From Oscillospiraceae bacterium (GTDB lineage: Bacteria; Bacillota; Clostridia; Oscillospirales; Ruminococcaceae): 64,000 nt of DNA. The stretch lies in assembly GCA_004556975.1 (NCBI GenBank), contig SFFD01000005.1, forward strand, positions 2,429-66,428, read 5' to 3'. Of the stretch, positions 18,065 through 26,767 are shown piece after piece (positions within the stretch are counted from its first letter, which is position 1; every line of letters starts with the position of its first letter). The notes below the pieces were generated by a model that did not search any database, had not been told where the DNA came from, and was given only the letters and a program-made list of their open reading frames with translations. Both the position numbers and the translations under genes were made by a program.

Positions 18065-18610
18065 ATGGACGAGGAGCTCGGTTCGGAATCGGTAAGGGAA
18101 CAGCTTATAGCGGAGGGAACGGCGGAGCTTGAAGCCCACGGAATAGCGGACTTTTCGCTGCGAAGGGTGGCGGCCGCCTGTAACATTTCCTGTGCAGCGC
18201 CCTATAAGCATTTCAAAAACCGCGGGGAATTTATAAATTCCATCTTTGCCTATATTAAAAATCAACTGGATTTGCTTCTTGACCAGGTGAAAAAGGTCTA
18301 TCCGGATGACCCTAAAATGCAGCTTATTGAAAGCTGTATGGCATATATCCGCTTTTGCACAGCCAATCCTCATTTTCGGGCGGTGCTTATGCTGGCGGGC
18401 GGCGAGCTTCCCCTTGCGGGGCGGGTGAAAAAGCTTGTACCCCTCTGCCTTGCGGAAATGTCAAAGGAAAAACAGGAGGACAGGTGCTGTGTCATTCGCT
18501 CCGTCGCCTACGGCGCGGCGCTTATGCTTGAAAGAGGAGAGATAGAATATAACGAAGCAATGATGCGCAGAATCCGCGAAAGCATAGCGCGTGAGCTTGA
18601 AAGCCGATAG
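18065..18610 (+). CDS. TetR/AcrR-family transcriptional regulator
   Basis: N-terminal HTH FSLRRVAAACNISCAAPYKHFKNRGEF. GGGAGG lies 7 nt upstream of the ATG at 18065. Confidence 0.85.
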   Translation: MDEELGSESVREQLIAEGTAELEAHGIADFSLRRVAAACNISCAAPYKHFKNRGEFINSIFAYIKNQLDLLLDQVKKVYPDDPKMQLIESCMAYIRFCTANPHFRAVLMLAGGELPLAGRVKKLVPLCLAEMSKEKQEDRCCVIRSVAYGAALMLERGEIEYNEAMMRRIRESIARELESR

Positions 18611-18743
18611 AAAGCATTGCTTTCTGCCTGAAATTTTGTTCTGATTTTACCGAAAAAATTTGGTCTGCACTTGAATTTATAATAAAATAGGTATATATTT
18701 AATCCTTGTGCTTTAAAAATCAGAAAAAAAGAGGAAAATATTT

Positions 18744-20048
18744 ATGACAGCTTTGCTTTCCGTTGCCGTTGCCATAATTGCCGGACTTTTGATGACAAGG
18801 GTGCTTAAACCCCTGCACCTTCCGGACGTAACGGCATATTTGATTACGGGCGTGCTTATAGGGCCGTATCTTATCGGCGCGCTCGGCGTTCCGGGTCTTG
18901 GTTTCAATACCGCTGAAGATGTTTCTGCGCTTACCCCTATTTCAAATATGGCGCTTGGGTTTATCGCCTTTGCCATTGGCAATGAATTTCGCCTTGCCGA
19001 CCTTAAAAAGACCGGAAAGGCGGCCACCGTTATAGGAATTGTTCAGGCGCTTGTCGCCGCCGCAGCCACTGACGCCGTGCTTATTGCTTTTCATTTCGCA
19101 ATGCCGGAAAAGCTTTCTCTTCCGGCAGCCACAACCCTTGGCGCAATCGCCACCGCAACGGCGCCTGCGGCCACCCTTATGGTTGTGCGGCAATATAAGG
19201 CCAAGGGCAGTCTTACAAACCTTTTGCTGCCCATAGTCGCCCTGGATGACGCCGTGGGTCTTGTGGTTTTTGCCGTAAGCTTCGGCGCGGCAAAGGCAAT
19301 GAGCAGCGGCGCTTTGGACATTGTTTCAGTTGTGATAGAGCCGCTTCTTGAAATTTTGCTTTCTCTTGCTCTCGGCGCCGCCATGGGGTATATTCTGACT
19401 CTGCTTGAAAGAAAATTCTTTTCCAACAGCAACCGTATGTCCATGACAATAGGCTTTGTGCTGTTGACCGTGGCGCTTTCATCGCTTAAATTCACCGTGG
19501 GTGCGCTGCACATCTCGTTCAGCTCGCTTCTTGTGTGCATGATGCTGGGTACTGTTTTCTGCAACACATGCCCGCTTTCCTTTGACCTTATGGAGCGTGC
19601 CGACCGCTGGACGGCACCCCTTTATGTGTTCTTCTTTGTCGTAAGCGGCGCCGGACTTGAACTTTCCGTGTTCAAGGATTTGTGGGTGGTGCTTATCGGT
19701 ATTATTTATGTGCTTGTTCGCGCTCTCGGCAAATACGCCGGCGCTTTTGGCGGCTGTGTCGCCACAAAGCAGGATAAAAAGGTTACCCAAAATCTCGGCA
19801 TAGCTTTGTTCCCCCAGGCGGGGGTGGCCCTTGGAATGTGCGTAACCGCAAGCCAGCTTGAGGGCGACGGCAAAATCATACGCAATATAGTGCTTTTCGC
19901 AATTCTTATCTATGAGCTTGTCGGCCCCACTCTTACAAAATGGGCGCTTACACGCTCCGGAGATATTGTGGCAAAGCCCGAAGAATATAAAAACCGCCGT
20001 GCCGACCTTCTTTCAGGCGCGCGCAAATCATGGAACCATAAATTCTGA
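18744..20048 (+). CDS. Cation:proton antiporter (Na+/H+ exchanger family, CPA2-like)
   Basis: About 12 TM segments and a typical N-terminus LLMTRVLKPLHLPDVTAYLITGVLIGPY. Confidence 0.85.
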   Translation: MTALLSVAVAIIAGLLMTRVLKPLHLPDVTAYLITGVLIGPYLIGALGVPGLGFNTAEDVSALTPISNMALGFIAFAIGNEFRLADLKKTGKAATVIGIVQALVAAAATDAVLIAFHFAMPEKLSLPAATTLGAIATATAPAATLMVVRQYKAKGSLTNLLLPIVALDDAVGLVVFAVSFGAAKAMSSGALDIVSVVIEPLLEILLSLALGAAMGYILTLLERKFFSNSNRMSMTIGFVLLTVALSSLKFTVGALHISFSSLLVCMMLGTVFCNTCPLSFDLMERADRWTAPLYVFFFVVSGAGLELSVFKDLWVVLIGIIYVLVRALGKYAGAFGGCVATKQDKKVTQNLGIALFPQAGVALGMCVTASQLEGDGKIIRNIVLFAILIYELVGPTLTKWALTRSGDIVAKPEEYKNRRADLLSGARKSWNHKF

Positions 20049-20056
20049 AACAAAAA

Positions 20057-20084
20057 AGCGGCGCCGCCGGGCGCTGCTTTTTTT
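20057..20084 (+). terminator. Rho-independent terminator
   Basis: 9-bp stem AGCGGCGCC/GGCGCTGCT (one G-U pair) followed by T7. Confidence 0.75.
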
Positions 20085-20322
20085 CGCGATTTCCGGCGCA
20101 ATGCCGAAAATTGTGCCGGCGGCTTTACAGCTTATTTTGCTTTGCGCATTGCCCGTGGCGTCTGAAAAATATGCTTTTACGGCGCCACGACCTGATTTTT
20201 TTAAGTCGGTTAGGAATATTTCGCTTATTGTTAACAAATATTACATAGATAAATTTTAAAATTGTGATATACTTACTAATCGTAGGAATATCCCTTTCTG
20301 AATTTAAGGAGGTTTTTTGAAA

Positions 20323-21999
20323 ATGAAAGCCATTAAACGAATTTCTGCGCTGCTTCTTGCGGTCGTCATGGTTGTCGCTATGGTTCCCGCAGTGAACGCC
20401 TTCGCCCTTGAGTGGGAAGAGCAGCTCTCCAAATATGACCTTGTGTTCAGTGCAGGCGCCGGCAACGGCGGCAGCGAAACATGGACGTATCTGAAAGACG
20501 AACCGGCGGATCTTCCCGACGCGGGAACCCTCGGCTTTGTTTACAGCGGATACTACTTCACCGGCTGGAAAATAAACGGCAAAATTTATCAGTCCGGCAG
20601 CCGCTTCTATCTTGACCCGAAAACCGCAAGCAACAACGGCGACCGCTACATTGTCAGCGCCGTAGCTCAGTGGCAGAAGAACGGCACGTCCTCTTCCTCC
20701 ACGTCTTCAAGCAGCAAGACCTATATTTACGGTACATATAAGCCCGGCGAAAAGGCAAAGGGCAACGAATATATCGTAAAATATGTTGCAGGCGAAGCAT
20801 TTGAGCTTGATACATGCTCCTTCACAAGAGAAGGCTATACCTTCGCCGGGTGGGAAGTTGACGGCGAAATTTTCTCTGCGGGCGTAAAAGTCAAATCAGA
20901 CACGAACTTCACCGCCACCGCCACATGGAAGTCCAACGGAATCCATATAAGCGACTATAATCCAAGCTCCTCCGCTTCCAGCTCTACAAGCAGCAAGCCC
21001 GCCTCCAGTAGCAAGCCCGCCTCCAGCAGCAAGCCCGCTTCCAGCAGCAAACCGGCAAGCAGCTCCACCGCAAGCAAGCCGCAAAGCTCAAGCTCTTCCT
21101 CAAGCGTTGCGGAATCCTCTCTTTCAAGCTCTTCGGAAGCTTCCTCTCTGCCTGAAACTCCCGTAACTCCTTCCGTACCGGAATATACCCCCGTAACCCT
21201 TTCTTACAGCATTTCAGGCGATATTCCCGTAACCGGAATTGAGTTTACCTTAAATGAGGACCTTGGCGGAAAGGTTCAGCTTGACGTTTCGGTTCTTGAC
21301 GGCTACAGTGCCGCGGACGACGTAACATCCGCCTTTATTGCAGACGGCGACGTTCTTTCCGCCTTTGATATTTCCGTACTTCTTGACGGCGCGGCATATC
21401 ACGGCTCTTCCGAGGGCGTAATCAAATACACTCTTAACGGAACCCAGGCAAACGCTTCTTCCAACTATAAAGAATATGTCGCCGCGCTTGTTCACGTCAT
21501 CGGCGCAGAGGACTTTGCCGGCAGTTCTTATTATATGAGTGAAAACGGCAAGGCATATCTTTATAATGTCGAAACAGAAAGCAAGTCAGAGGTAAACAAT
21601 ATTTCCTTTGCACAGCATGACGGAATTTACCGCCCGGTGATTGCCGACGTCAACAGCCTTTCCACCTTTGCCTATCTTGCAAAGGAAGGCACGATTGTTG
21701 AAGTAAAGCTTATGCCCGATATCAACGCCACAGAGGTTTCAATGAACGTTGCCTCGCTTTCCCCGGTAATGCTTGTTCAGCTTGAAATGGGCAAAGCGGC
21801 AGCCGCCTCTTCGGGAATTCCGGTGTGGGCGCTTATCCTTATAATTCTGCTTGCGGTTGTTATAATTGCCATTGTTGTGCTGTTCATTATATTCAGAATA
21901 AAGGGCAGCGGCGGCAAGCCGAAAACCGGCACCGTTGAAAGACGCGTGGTTCACCGCCAGAACACCAAGGTAACCGGCTTTGATGACGACGATTTCTGA
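20323..21999 (+). CDS. Secreted, membrane-anchored surface protein with two Listeria-Bacteroides-type repeats and a Ser-rich spacer
   Basis: Signal peptide MKAIKRISALLLAVVMVVAMVPAVNAFA. Repeat signatures GYYFTGWKINGKIY and GYTFAGWEVDGEIF. An (SKPASS)n plus poly-Ser linker. C-terminal TM segment IPVWALILIILLAVVIIAIVVLFIIF followed by a basic tail. Confidence 0.8.
   Translation: MKAIKRISALLLAVVMVVAMVPAVNAFALEWEEQLSKYDLVFSAGAGNGGSETWTYLKDEPADLPDAGTLGFVYSGYYFTGWKINGKIYQSGSRFYLDPKTASNNGDRYIVSAVAQWQKNGTSSSSTSSSSKTYIYGTYKPGEKAKGNEYIVKYVAGEAFELDTCSFTREGYTFAGWEVDGEIFSAGVKVKSDTNFTATATWKSNGIHISDYNPSSSASSSTSSKPASSSKPASSSKPASSSKPASSSTASKPQSSSSSSSVAESSLSSSSEASSLPETPVTPSVPEYTPVTLSYSISGDIPVTGIEFTLNEDLGGKVQLDVSVLDGYSAADDVTSAFIADGDVLSAFDISVLLDGAAYHGSSEGVIKYTLNGTQANASSNYKEYVAALVHVIGAEDFAGSSYYMSENGKAYLYNVETESKSEVNNISFAQHDGIYRPVIADVNSLSTFAYLAKEGTIVEVKLMPDINATEVSMNVASLSPVMLVQLEMGKAAAASSGIPVWALILIILLAVVIIAIVVLFIIFRIKGSGGKPKTGTVERRVVHRQNTKVTGFDDDDF
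20992..21063 (+). repeat. 18-bp tandem repeat x4 (AGCAAGCCCGCCTCCAGY, encodes SKPASS)
   Basis: Four consecutive units. The first three are nearly identical and the fourth has diverged. Confidence 0.9.
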
Positions 22000-22026
22000 T
22001 TTAAGACCGTAATAATTCATAAGAGA

Positions 22027-22058
22027 ATCCCGTGCTCATTTTGAGCACGGGATTTTTT
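22027..22058 (+). terminator. Rho-independent terminator (ATCCCGTGCTCA/TGAGCACGGGAT)
   Basis: 12-bp perfect stem, TTT loop, T5-6 tail. Confidence 0.9.
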
Positions 22059-22184
22059 ATTAGCCGGATTTTTGAGCACGCCGCTTTATTGTCTTATTAA
22101 CTTCTGTATTTTTTATTGCATTTTGACAAAAACCGTGGTATGCTGAAAAAGAACGAATATTCGATTTTGTAAGGGGAGAATATT

Positions 22185-22940
22185 ATGGACGCAGAACCTG
22201 AGTTTATCAACCTGACGGAGGAAAATATAGATTCCCAGCACCTTTGCTGCATAATTCGCAGTAAAACCGTTCACCCCGGGGTGGAGGCAAAGCGCGCATG
22301 GCTGCGCGCCCGCCTTGCGGAAGGTCATGTTTTTCGCAAGCTGAACGAAAAAGCAACGGTTTTTATCGAATATGCCCCTTTAGAAAAGGCATGGGTGCCC
22401 GTTATCGGCGAAAATTATATGTATATATATTGCCTTTGGGTTCTCGGCGACCGCCGCGGCAAGGGATATGGCGAAATGCTTATGAACTATTGCATTGATG
22501 ATGCAAAGGCAAAGGGTAAATCCGGCGTTTGTATGCTTGCCGCAGAAAAACAGAAGGCTTGGCTTTCAGACCAAGGCTTTGCCGAAAAATTCGGCTTTCT
22601 TCCGATAGATTCCACAGATTACGGCTATAAGCTGCTGGCGCTTTCCTTTGACAAAACCGTGCCGCGCTTTGCCGAAAACGCAAAGGCAGGAAAAATCGAA
22701 TCGCCGGAGCTTACCGTGTATTACAGCGACCAATGCCCGTATATTCCGCAAACAACAGCCCTTGTCAAGAAATTCTGTGAGGAAAATTCCGTTTTGTACA
22801 CCCTTATTCATGTTGACAGCCTTGAAAAAGCGAAGGCGCTGCCCTGTGTTTTCAATAATTACGCGGTGTTTTATAAAGGCGAATTTGTTACGGTGAACCT
22901 TACGGATGCCGCTGCGCTGAAAAAAATTCTTAAGAAATAA
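22185..22940 (+). CDS. GNAT N-acetyltransferase with C-terminal YoaP-like domain
   Basis: The acetyl-CoA site region LWVLGDRRGKGYGEMLMNY is followed by LTVYYSDQCPYIPQ...VFYKGEFVT, as in B. subtilis YoaP-type proteins. Confidence 0.75.
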   Translation: MDAEPEFINLTEENIDSQHLCCIIRSKTVHPGVEAKRAWLRARLAEGHVFRKLNEKATVFIEYAPLEKAWVPVIGENYMYIYCLWVLGDRRGKGYGEMLMNYCIDDAKAKGKSGVCMLAAEKQKAWLSDQGFAEKFGFLPIDSTDYGYKLLALSFDKTVPRFAENAKAGKIESPELTVYYSDQCPYIPQTTALVKKFCEENSVLYTLIHVDSLEKAKALPCVFNNYAVFYKGEFVTVNLTDAAALKKILKK

Positions 22941-23001
22941 CAGGAGGAGCACAAAATAAAAAAATAGCTGCACTTTTGCTTTCGGCGCGGAATTTATCAC
23001 C

Positions 23002-23304
23002 GTGGATTTCTTAAAGTTAAGCAAAGAAGAATCAAAAATATATACCGACAATGATTTTCTTGAAAACATAAGCGAAAATTATAGTTCGCAGGAAGGCGTA
23101 ACGGAAAGCAAAGTTGCTCCCGTTTCCGTGGGAGGAAAGAAAATCCCTGCGGTTAATATAAAAATGTACAGCGGCGCGGGCGACGAAATTTACGGTCTGA
23201 CATTTGTAAAGGTGCTTGACGGCGCGGTATGTATGGTAAACGTGTGTGCATATGACGAACCGGGGCTTGCCGCAATTACGGATATGCCGGAGCTTGACTG
23301 GTAA
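23002..23304 (+). CDS. Hypothetical 100-aa protein (weakly supported; possible gene remnant)
   Basis: The GTG start has no RBS and no family is recognised. A good RBS (AGGAGG at 22942) lies upstream, but it is followed by stop codons in this frame. Confidence 0.25.
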   Translation: MDFLKLSKEESKIYTDNDFLENISENYSSQEGVTESKVAPVSVGGKKIPAVNIKMYSGAGDEIYGLTFVKVLDGAVCMVNVCAYDEPGLAAITDMPELDW

Positions 23305-23396
23305 AGCCGCGCGGATTTTTTGAAATCCGAACCGTGCATAAATCCCCAAAGCCGAAAAAACGGTCAAAAATTTCCGCAAAAATTCAAAAAAAGCTA

Positions 23397-23425
23397 TTGA
23401 CTTTTACGGTTTAAAGTGTTATGCT
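23397..23425 (+). promoter_or_regulatory. Sigma-A-type promoter of the ABC-importer leader
   Basis: TTGACT, 17-nt spacer, TGtTATGCT (extended -10). Confidence 0.6.
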
Positions 23426-23468
23426 TTTAAACGTTGAAACCAAACTCTTAAGAAAGGAAGCGCAAACG

Positions 23469-23597
23469 ATGAAAAAAATGGCTATGAACATGGCAAAATA
23501 CTTTAGATTTACCGTTCGCTATTTTGCGGGCTATTTTTGCTATGCTTACTATTATTTTTATCGCAGAAACAAAATAGTGCTTCCCATGGCGGTTTGA
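23469..23597 (+). CDS. Candidate 42-aa Tyr/Phe-rich leader peptide MKKMAMNMAKYFRFTVRYFAGYFCYAYYYFYRRNKIVLPMAV
   Basis: The ATG is preceded by GAAAGGAAG (8-nt spacing). The peptide has 8 Tyr and 5 Phe in 42 codons, including YAYYYFY. The ORF lies between a promoter and an intrinsic terminator, directly upstream of the transporter operon. It falls below the size cutoff of the supplied ORF track. Confidence 0.55.
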   Translation: MKKMAMNMAKYFRFTVRYFAGYFCYAYYYFYRRNKIVLPMAV

Positions 23598-23631
23598 TTT
23601 CTCTGTTTTGTAAAGCAACAGAAATTTAAGC

Positions 23632-23666
23632 GCGGTTCTTGCGGAAGCAGGGACCGCATATTTTTT
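23632..23666 (+). terminator. Intrinsic terminator (attenuator) in the ABC-importer leader
   Basis: 11-bp stem GCGGTTCTTGC/GCAGGGACCGC (two G-U pairs), GGAA loop, then ATATTTTTT. It ends 8 nt before the RBS AGGAGG of the binding-protein gene. Confidence 0.75.
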
Positions 23667-23688
23667 GAAAATCAGGAGGAAGTAAAAC

Positions 23689-24714
23689 ATGAAACTTAAG
23701 CAGATTATTGCAGCAGTTCTTGCCGCAGCAATGATTACGGCAATGACCGCCTGCAGCTCAAACGGCGGCGAACAGTCCCAGCAGGGCTCCGAACAGAGCC
23801 AAAGCCAAAGCGAGGAGCAAAGCCAAAGCTCCGACAACGAAAAAATTAAAGTAGGCGTTCTTCAGCTTGTTCAGCACGAAGCCCTTGACGCCGCAACCCA
23901 GGGCTTTGTTGACGCCCTTAACGAAAAGTTCGGCGACAAGGTTGAAATAGTTGTTCAGAACGCTTTCGGTGAGTCGCCCACCTGCGGCATAATTGCCAAC
24001 CAGTTTGTTTCTGAAAAAATGAATCTCATTATGGCAAACGCAACTCCCGCTCTTCAGGCGGCAGCCGCCGCCACCGACAGTATTCCGATTGTGGGAACCT
24101 CTGTCACCGACTATGCCACCGCTCTTCAGATAAGCGACTGGACCGGCAAGACCGGAAGCAATATTACCGGCACCGCCGACCTTGCGCCTCTTTCCGAACA
24201 GGCCGCGATGATTAAGGAGCTTTTCCCCGATGCAAAGAAGGTAGGCATCCTCTACTGCTCCGCAGAGCCGAACTCCGCATATCAGGCAAAAGTAATTAAA
24301 GACGAGCTTTCCGCTCTCGGCCTTGAAAGCGAAGAATTCACCTTTGCCGATACCAACGACGTTGCTGCGGTTACCTCCAACGCCTGCGCCGCTGTGGATG
24401 TGCTCTATATTCCCACCGATAATACCGCCGCCACCTGCACCGAAGCCATAAACAATGTTGCACAGCCCGCCGGAATACCCATTGTTGCAGGCGAAGCGGG
24501 AATCTGCAAGGGCTGCGGCGTTGCGACCCTTTCCATCAGCTACTATGATATAGGCTATATTGCCGGCGAAATGGCAATTGAAATTCTTTCCGAAGGCAAA
24601 AACCCCGGCGATATGGATATCCGTTTCGCCCCCGAAGTGACTAAAATGTATAACGCAGACATCTGCACCGCGCTTGGCATAACTCCTCCGGAGGATTACT
24701 CTCCGCTTGAATAA
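23689..24714 (+). CDS. ABC transporter substrate-binding lipoprotein (PF04392 / TrpX-like family)
   Basis: Lipoprotein signal ...AMITAMTAC, then KIKVGVLQLVQHEALDAATQGFVDAL, which is typical of the ABC_sub_bind family. Confidence 0.85.
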   Translation: MKLKQIIAAVLAAAMITAMTACSSNGGEQSQQGSEQSQSQSEEQSQSSDNEKIKVGVLQLVQHEALDAATQGFVDALNEKFGDKVEIVVQNAFGESPTCGIIANQFVSEKMNLIMANATPALQAAAAATDSIPIVGTSVTDYATALQISDWTGKTGSNITGTADLAPLSEQAAMIKELFPDAKKVGILYCSAEPNSAYQAKVIKDELSALGLESEEFTFADTNDVAAVTSNACAAVDVLYIPTDNTAATCTEAINNVAQPAGIPIVAGEAGICKGCGVATLSISYYDIGYIAGEMAIEILSEGKNPGDMDIRFAPEVTKMYNADICTALGITPPEDYSPLE

Positions 24715-24750
24715 TGCGGCAAAAGGCGGCTAAACTGTTTCGCAGAAATA

Positions 24751-24778
24751 AGCCCTTCCCCTTTTTCGGGGAAGGGCT
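24751..24778 (+). other. Intercistronic stem-loop after the binding-protein gene
   Basis: AGCCCTTCCCC-TTTTTC-GGGGAAGGGCT, an 11-bp stem with no T-tract. It probably acts as an mRNA-stabilising or partial-termination element. Confidence 0.6.
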
Positions 24779-24829
24779 CCCCGCGTTTATGAATAATTTA
24801 AAATTTTTCTTTTTCGGAGGAAATCGACA

Positions 24830-25765
24830 ATGCCTGATATTACAACATTTCTAAACGGTCTGCCCGGGTACGCTGCCCAGGGAGTTATATGGGGCATAAT
24901 GGCCCTCGGTCTTTATATCTCATACCGCCTTTTGGATTTTGCCGACCTTACGGTGGACGGTTCCTTTGCCACCGGCGCGGCGGTTACCGTAATGCTTATT
25001 CTGGCGGGCTGGCCCGCCTGGGCAGCAATGCTCGTGGCGCTTGCTGCCGGAATGGCGGCGGGCTTTATTACCGGAATTTTGCATACCGCCCTTGGCATTG
25101 CGCCGATTCTTGCCGGAATTCTTACGCAGATTGCTCTCTATTCAATCAACCTGCATATTCTCGGCAACAAGCCGAACCAGGCGATAAGCGTCGACAAATA
25201 TGACCTTATGCTTTCTCTTCGTAATGTAAACACCGCAATTTTTGTGGCGCTTGGCTTTGCGGCGGCGCTGATTCTGCTGTTCTACTGGTTCTTCGGAACG
25301 GAGCTTGGTTCAGCGGTGCGTGCCACCGGCTGCAACCAAAGCATGGCAAAGGCGCAGGGAATAAATATAAACACAATGAAGGTTTTTGCGCTTGCCATTT
25401 CAAACGGAATCGTCGCGCTTTCCGGCGGACTTCTTGCCCAGTACCAGGGCTTTGCGGACGCGCAAATGGGCCGTGGCGCCATAGTAATAGGGCTTGCCTC
25501 CATAATAATCGGCGAAGTTCTGGCGGAAGCAATATTCAGAAAAGGCATGAATTTTTCCATATGCCTTGCCTCCGCGGTGTTCGGCGGCGTAATTTACTAT
25601 GTTGTAATGGGCGTCGTGCTCTGGCTCAAGCTTCCCACCAACGATATGAAGCTTTTTACCGCAATAATCGTTGCCGCCTTCCTTGCGGTGCCGTACCTGC
25701 GCGGAAAATCAAAGCATTCCTTTGCCGCGCTTAAACACAGGAAAGGAGAAGAGGAACATGCTTGA
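24830..25765 (+). CDS. ABC transporter permease (partner of the PF04392 binding protein)
   Basis: 311-aa product with about 8-9 TM segments; the family is typical of TrpY-like permeases. Confidence 0.85.
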   Translation: MPDITTFLNGLPGYAAQGVIWGIMALGLYISYRLLDFADLTVDGSFATGAAVTVMLILAGWPAWAAMLVALAAGMAAGFITGILHTALGIAPILAGILTQIALYSINLHILGNKPNQAISVDKYDLMLSLRNVNTAIFVALGFAAALILLFYWFFGTELGSAVRATGCNQSMAKAQGININTMKVFALAISNGIVALSGGLLAQYQGFADAQMGRGAIVIGLASIIIGEVLAEAIFRKGMNFSICLASAVFGGVIYYVVMGVVLWLKLPTNDMKLFTAIIVAAFLAVPYLRGKSKHSFAALKHRKGEEEHA

Positions 25766-26552
25766 CATAAAAGGAATTTACAAGACCTTCAACCCCGGTT
25801 CCGTTAACGAAAAGCATGCGCTTAACGGCGTTGATCTTCACCTTAACGAAGGTGACTTCGTCACTGTTATCGGCGGAAACGGAGCGGGCAAATCCACTTT
25901 TCTCAACGCGATAGCGGGCGTTTGGCCGGTGGATAAGGGCAGAATTTTCATCGACGGAAAGGACGTAACCTCACTTCCCGAATACAAGCGGGCAAAATAT
26001 CTCGGCCGCGTGTTTCAGGACCCGATGACCGGTACCGCCGCAAATATGCAGATTGAAGAAAACCTTGCCCTTGCCGCGCGCCGCGGAAGCAGCCGCGGCC
26101 TTAGGTGGGAGGTTACAAAAAAGGAGCGTGAAGAATACCGCGCGCTGCTTACTTCCCTTGACCTCGGTCTTGAGGACAGGCTTACCGCAAAGGTCGGTCT
26201 GCTTTCCGGCGGCCAGCGCCAGGCGCTGACCCTTGTTATGGCAACGCTTGTCAAGCCAAAGCTTTTGCTTTTGGATGAGCACACCGCCGCTCTTGACCCT
26301 AAAACCGCGGCAAAGGTGCTTGAAATTACCGACAAAGTCATTAAAGAAAATAATCTTACCGCAATTATGGTAACTCATAATATGAACGACGCCATAAAGC
26401 ACGGCAACCGTCTTATTATGATGAACGACGGCAAAATTATCTTCGACGTTTCCGGCGAGGAAAAGAAAAACCTTACCGTGGAGGATTTGCTGCGCAAATT
26501 CAGCGAAAATTCCGGCGAAGCTTTTGCCGACGACCGCGCAATACTCGGCTGA
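25758..26552 (+). CDS. ABC transporter ATP-binding protein
   Basis: Walker A GGNGAGKST, signature LSGGQRQ, Walker B LLLLDEHTAALD. The ATG at 25758 is preceded by GGAGAAGAGG and overlaps the permease stop. Confidence 0.9.
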   Translation: MLDIKGIYKTFNPGSVNEKHALNGVDLHLNEGDFVTVIGGNGAGKSTFLNAIAGVWPVDKGRIFIDGKDVTSLPEYKRAKYLGRVFQDPMTGTAANMQIEENLALAARRGSSRGLRWEVTKKEREEYRALLTSLDLGLEDRLTAKVGLLSGGQRQALTLVMATLVKPKLLLLDEHTAALDPKTAAKVLEITDKVIKENNLTAIMVTHNMNDAIKHGNRLIMMNDGKIIFDVSGEEKKNLTVEDLLRKFSENSGEAFADDRAILG

Positions 26553-26637
26553 CGCGCCGCGAAAGCGGCATTGCGGCTGCAGCCGAATCTCATAAAAATT
26601 TATTGTTTCTTTTTTACATTTTAAATAAACATAAACG

Positions 26638-26677
26638 CAAAGGCGCAGGAAAGCATCACCCTGCGCCTTTGTTTTTT
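26638..26677 (+). terminator. Rho-independent terminator of the ABC importer operon
   Basis: 12-bp stem CAAAGGCGCAGG/CCTGCGCCTTTG followed by T6. Confidence 0.85.
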
Positions 26678-26710
26678 GCCAAAAAATCACCGATACCCTG
26701 TCCCATATTC

Positions 26711-26739
26711 TTGAAAAACAGCCTGCATTATGTTATAGT
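26711..26739 (+). promoter_or_regulatory. Sigma-A-type promoter of the phosphatase/BY-kinase operon
   Basis: TTGAAA, 17-nt spacer, TGtTATAGT. Confidence 0.55.
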
Positions 26740-26767
26740 ATATAATGTATGACTATAAACTGCCGCT

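Noticed and set aside
18611-18743. c-di-AMP (ydaO-type) riboswitch upstream of the cation/proton antiporter
   Set aside because: The spacer is AT-rich and only about 130 nt long. It holds a promoter-like region and lacks the conserved ACGGGGA/CCCG elements.
22934-23014. Signal-peptide-like reading (KKIAALLLSA...) after a strong RBS, out of frame with the 23002-23304 ORF and crossing an A7 run; considered as a frameshifted or phase-variable lipoprotein gene
   Set aside because: That frame has no ATG, GTG or TTG start and it ends after 20 codons. Single-base changes in the A-run do not restore a sensible gene. The evidence is too weak to call a pseudogene.
23432-23666. T-box riboswitch upstream of the PF04392 ABC importer, as in streptococcal trpXYZ
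   Set aside because: There is no conserved T-box sequence (GGTGGTACCGCG-like) and no Stem I GA/K-turn or AGAGA features. A translatable aromatic-rich uORF explains the leader better.
23448-23837. 129-aa minus-strand ORF overlapping the leader and the start of the binding-protein gene
   Set aside because: It is antisense to a well-supported promoter, leader and lipoprotein start. It has no RBS and a hydrophobic low-complexity product.
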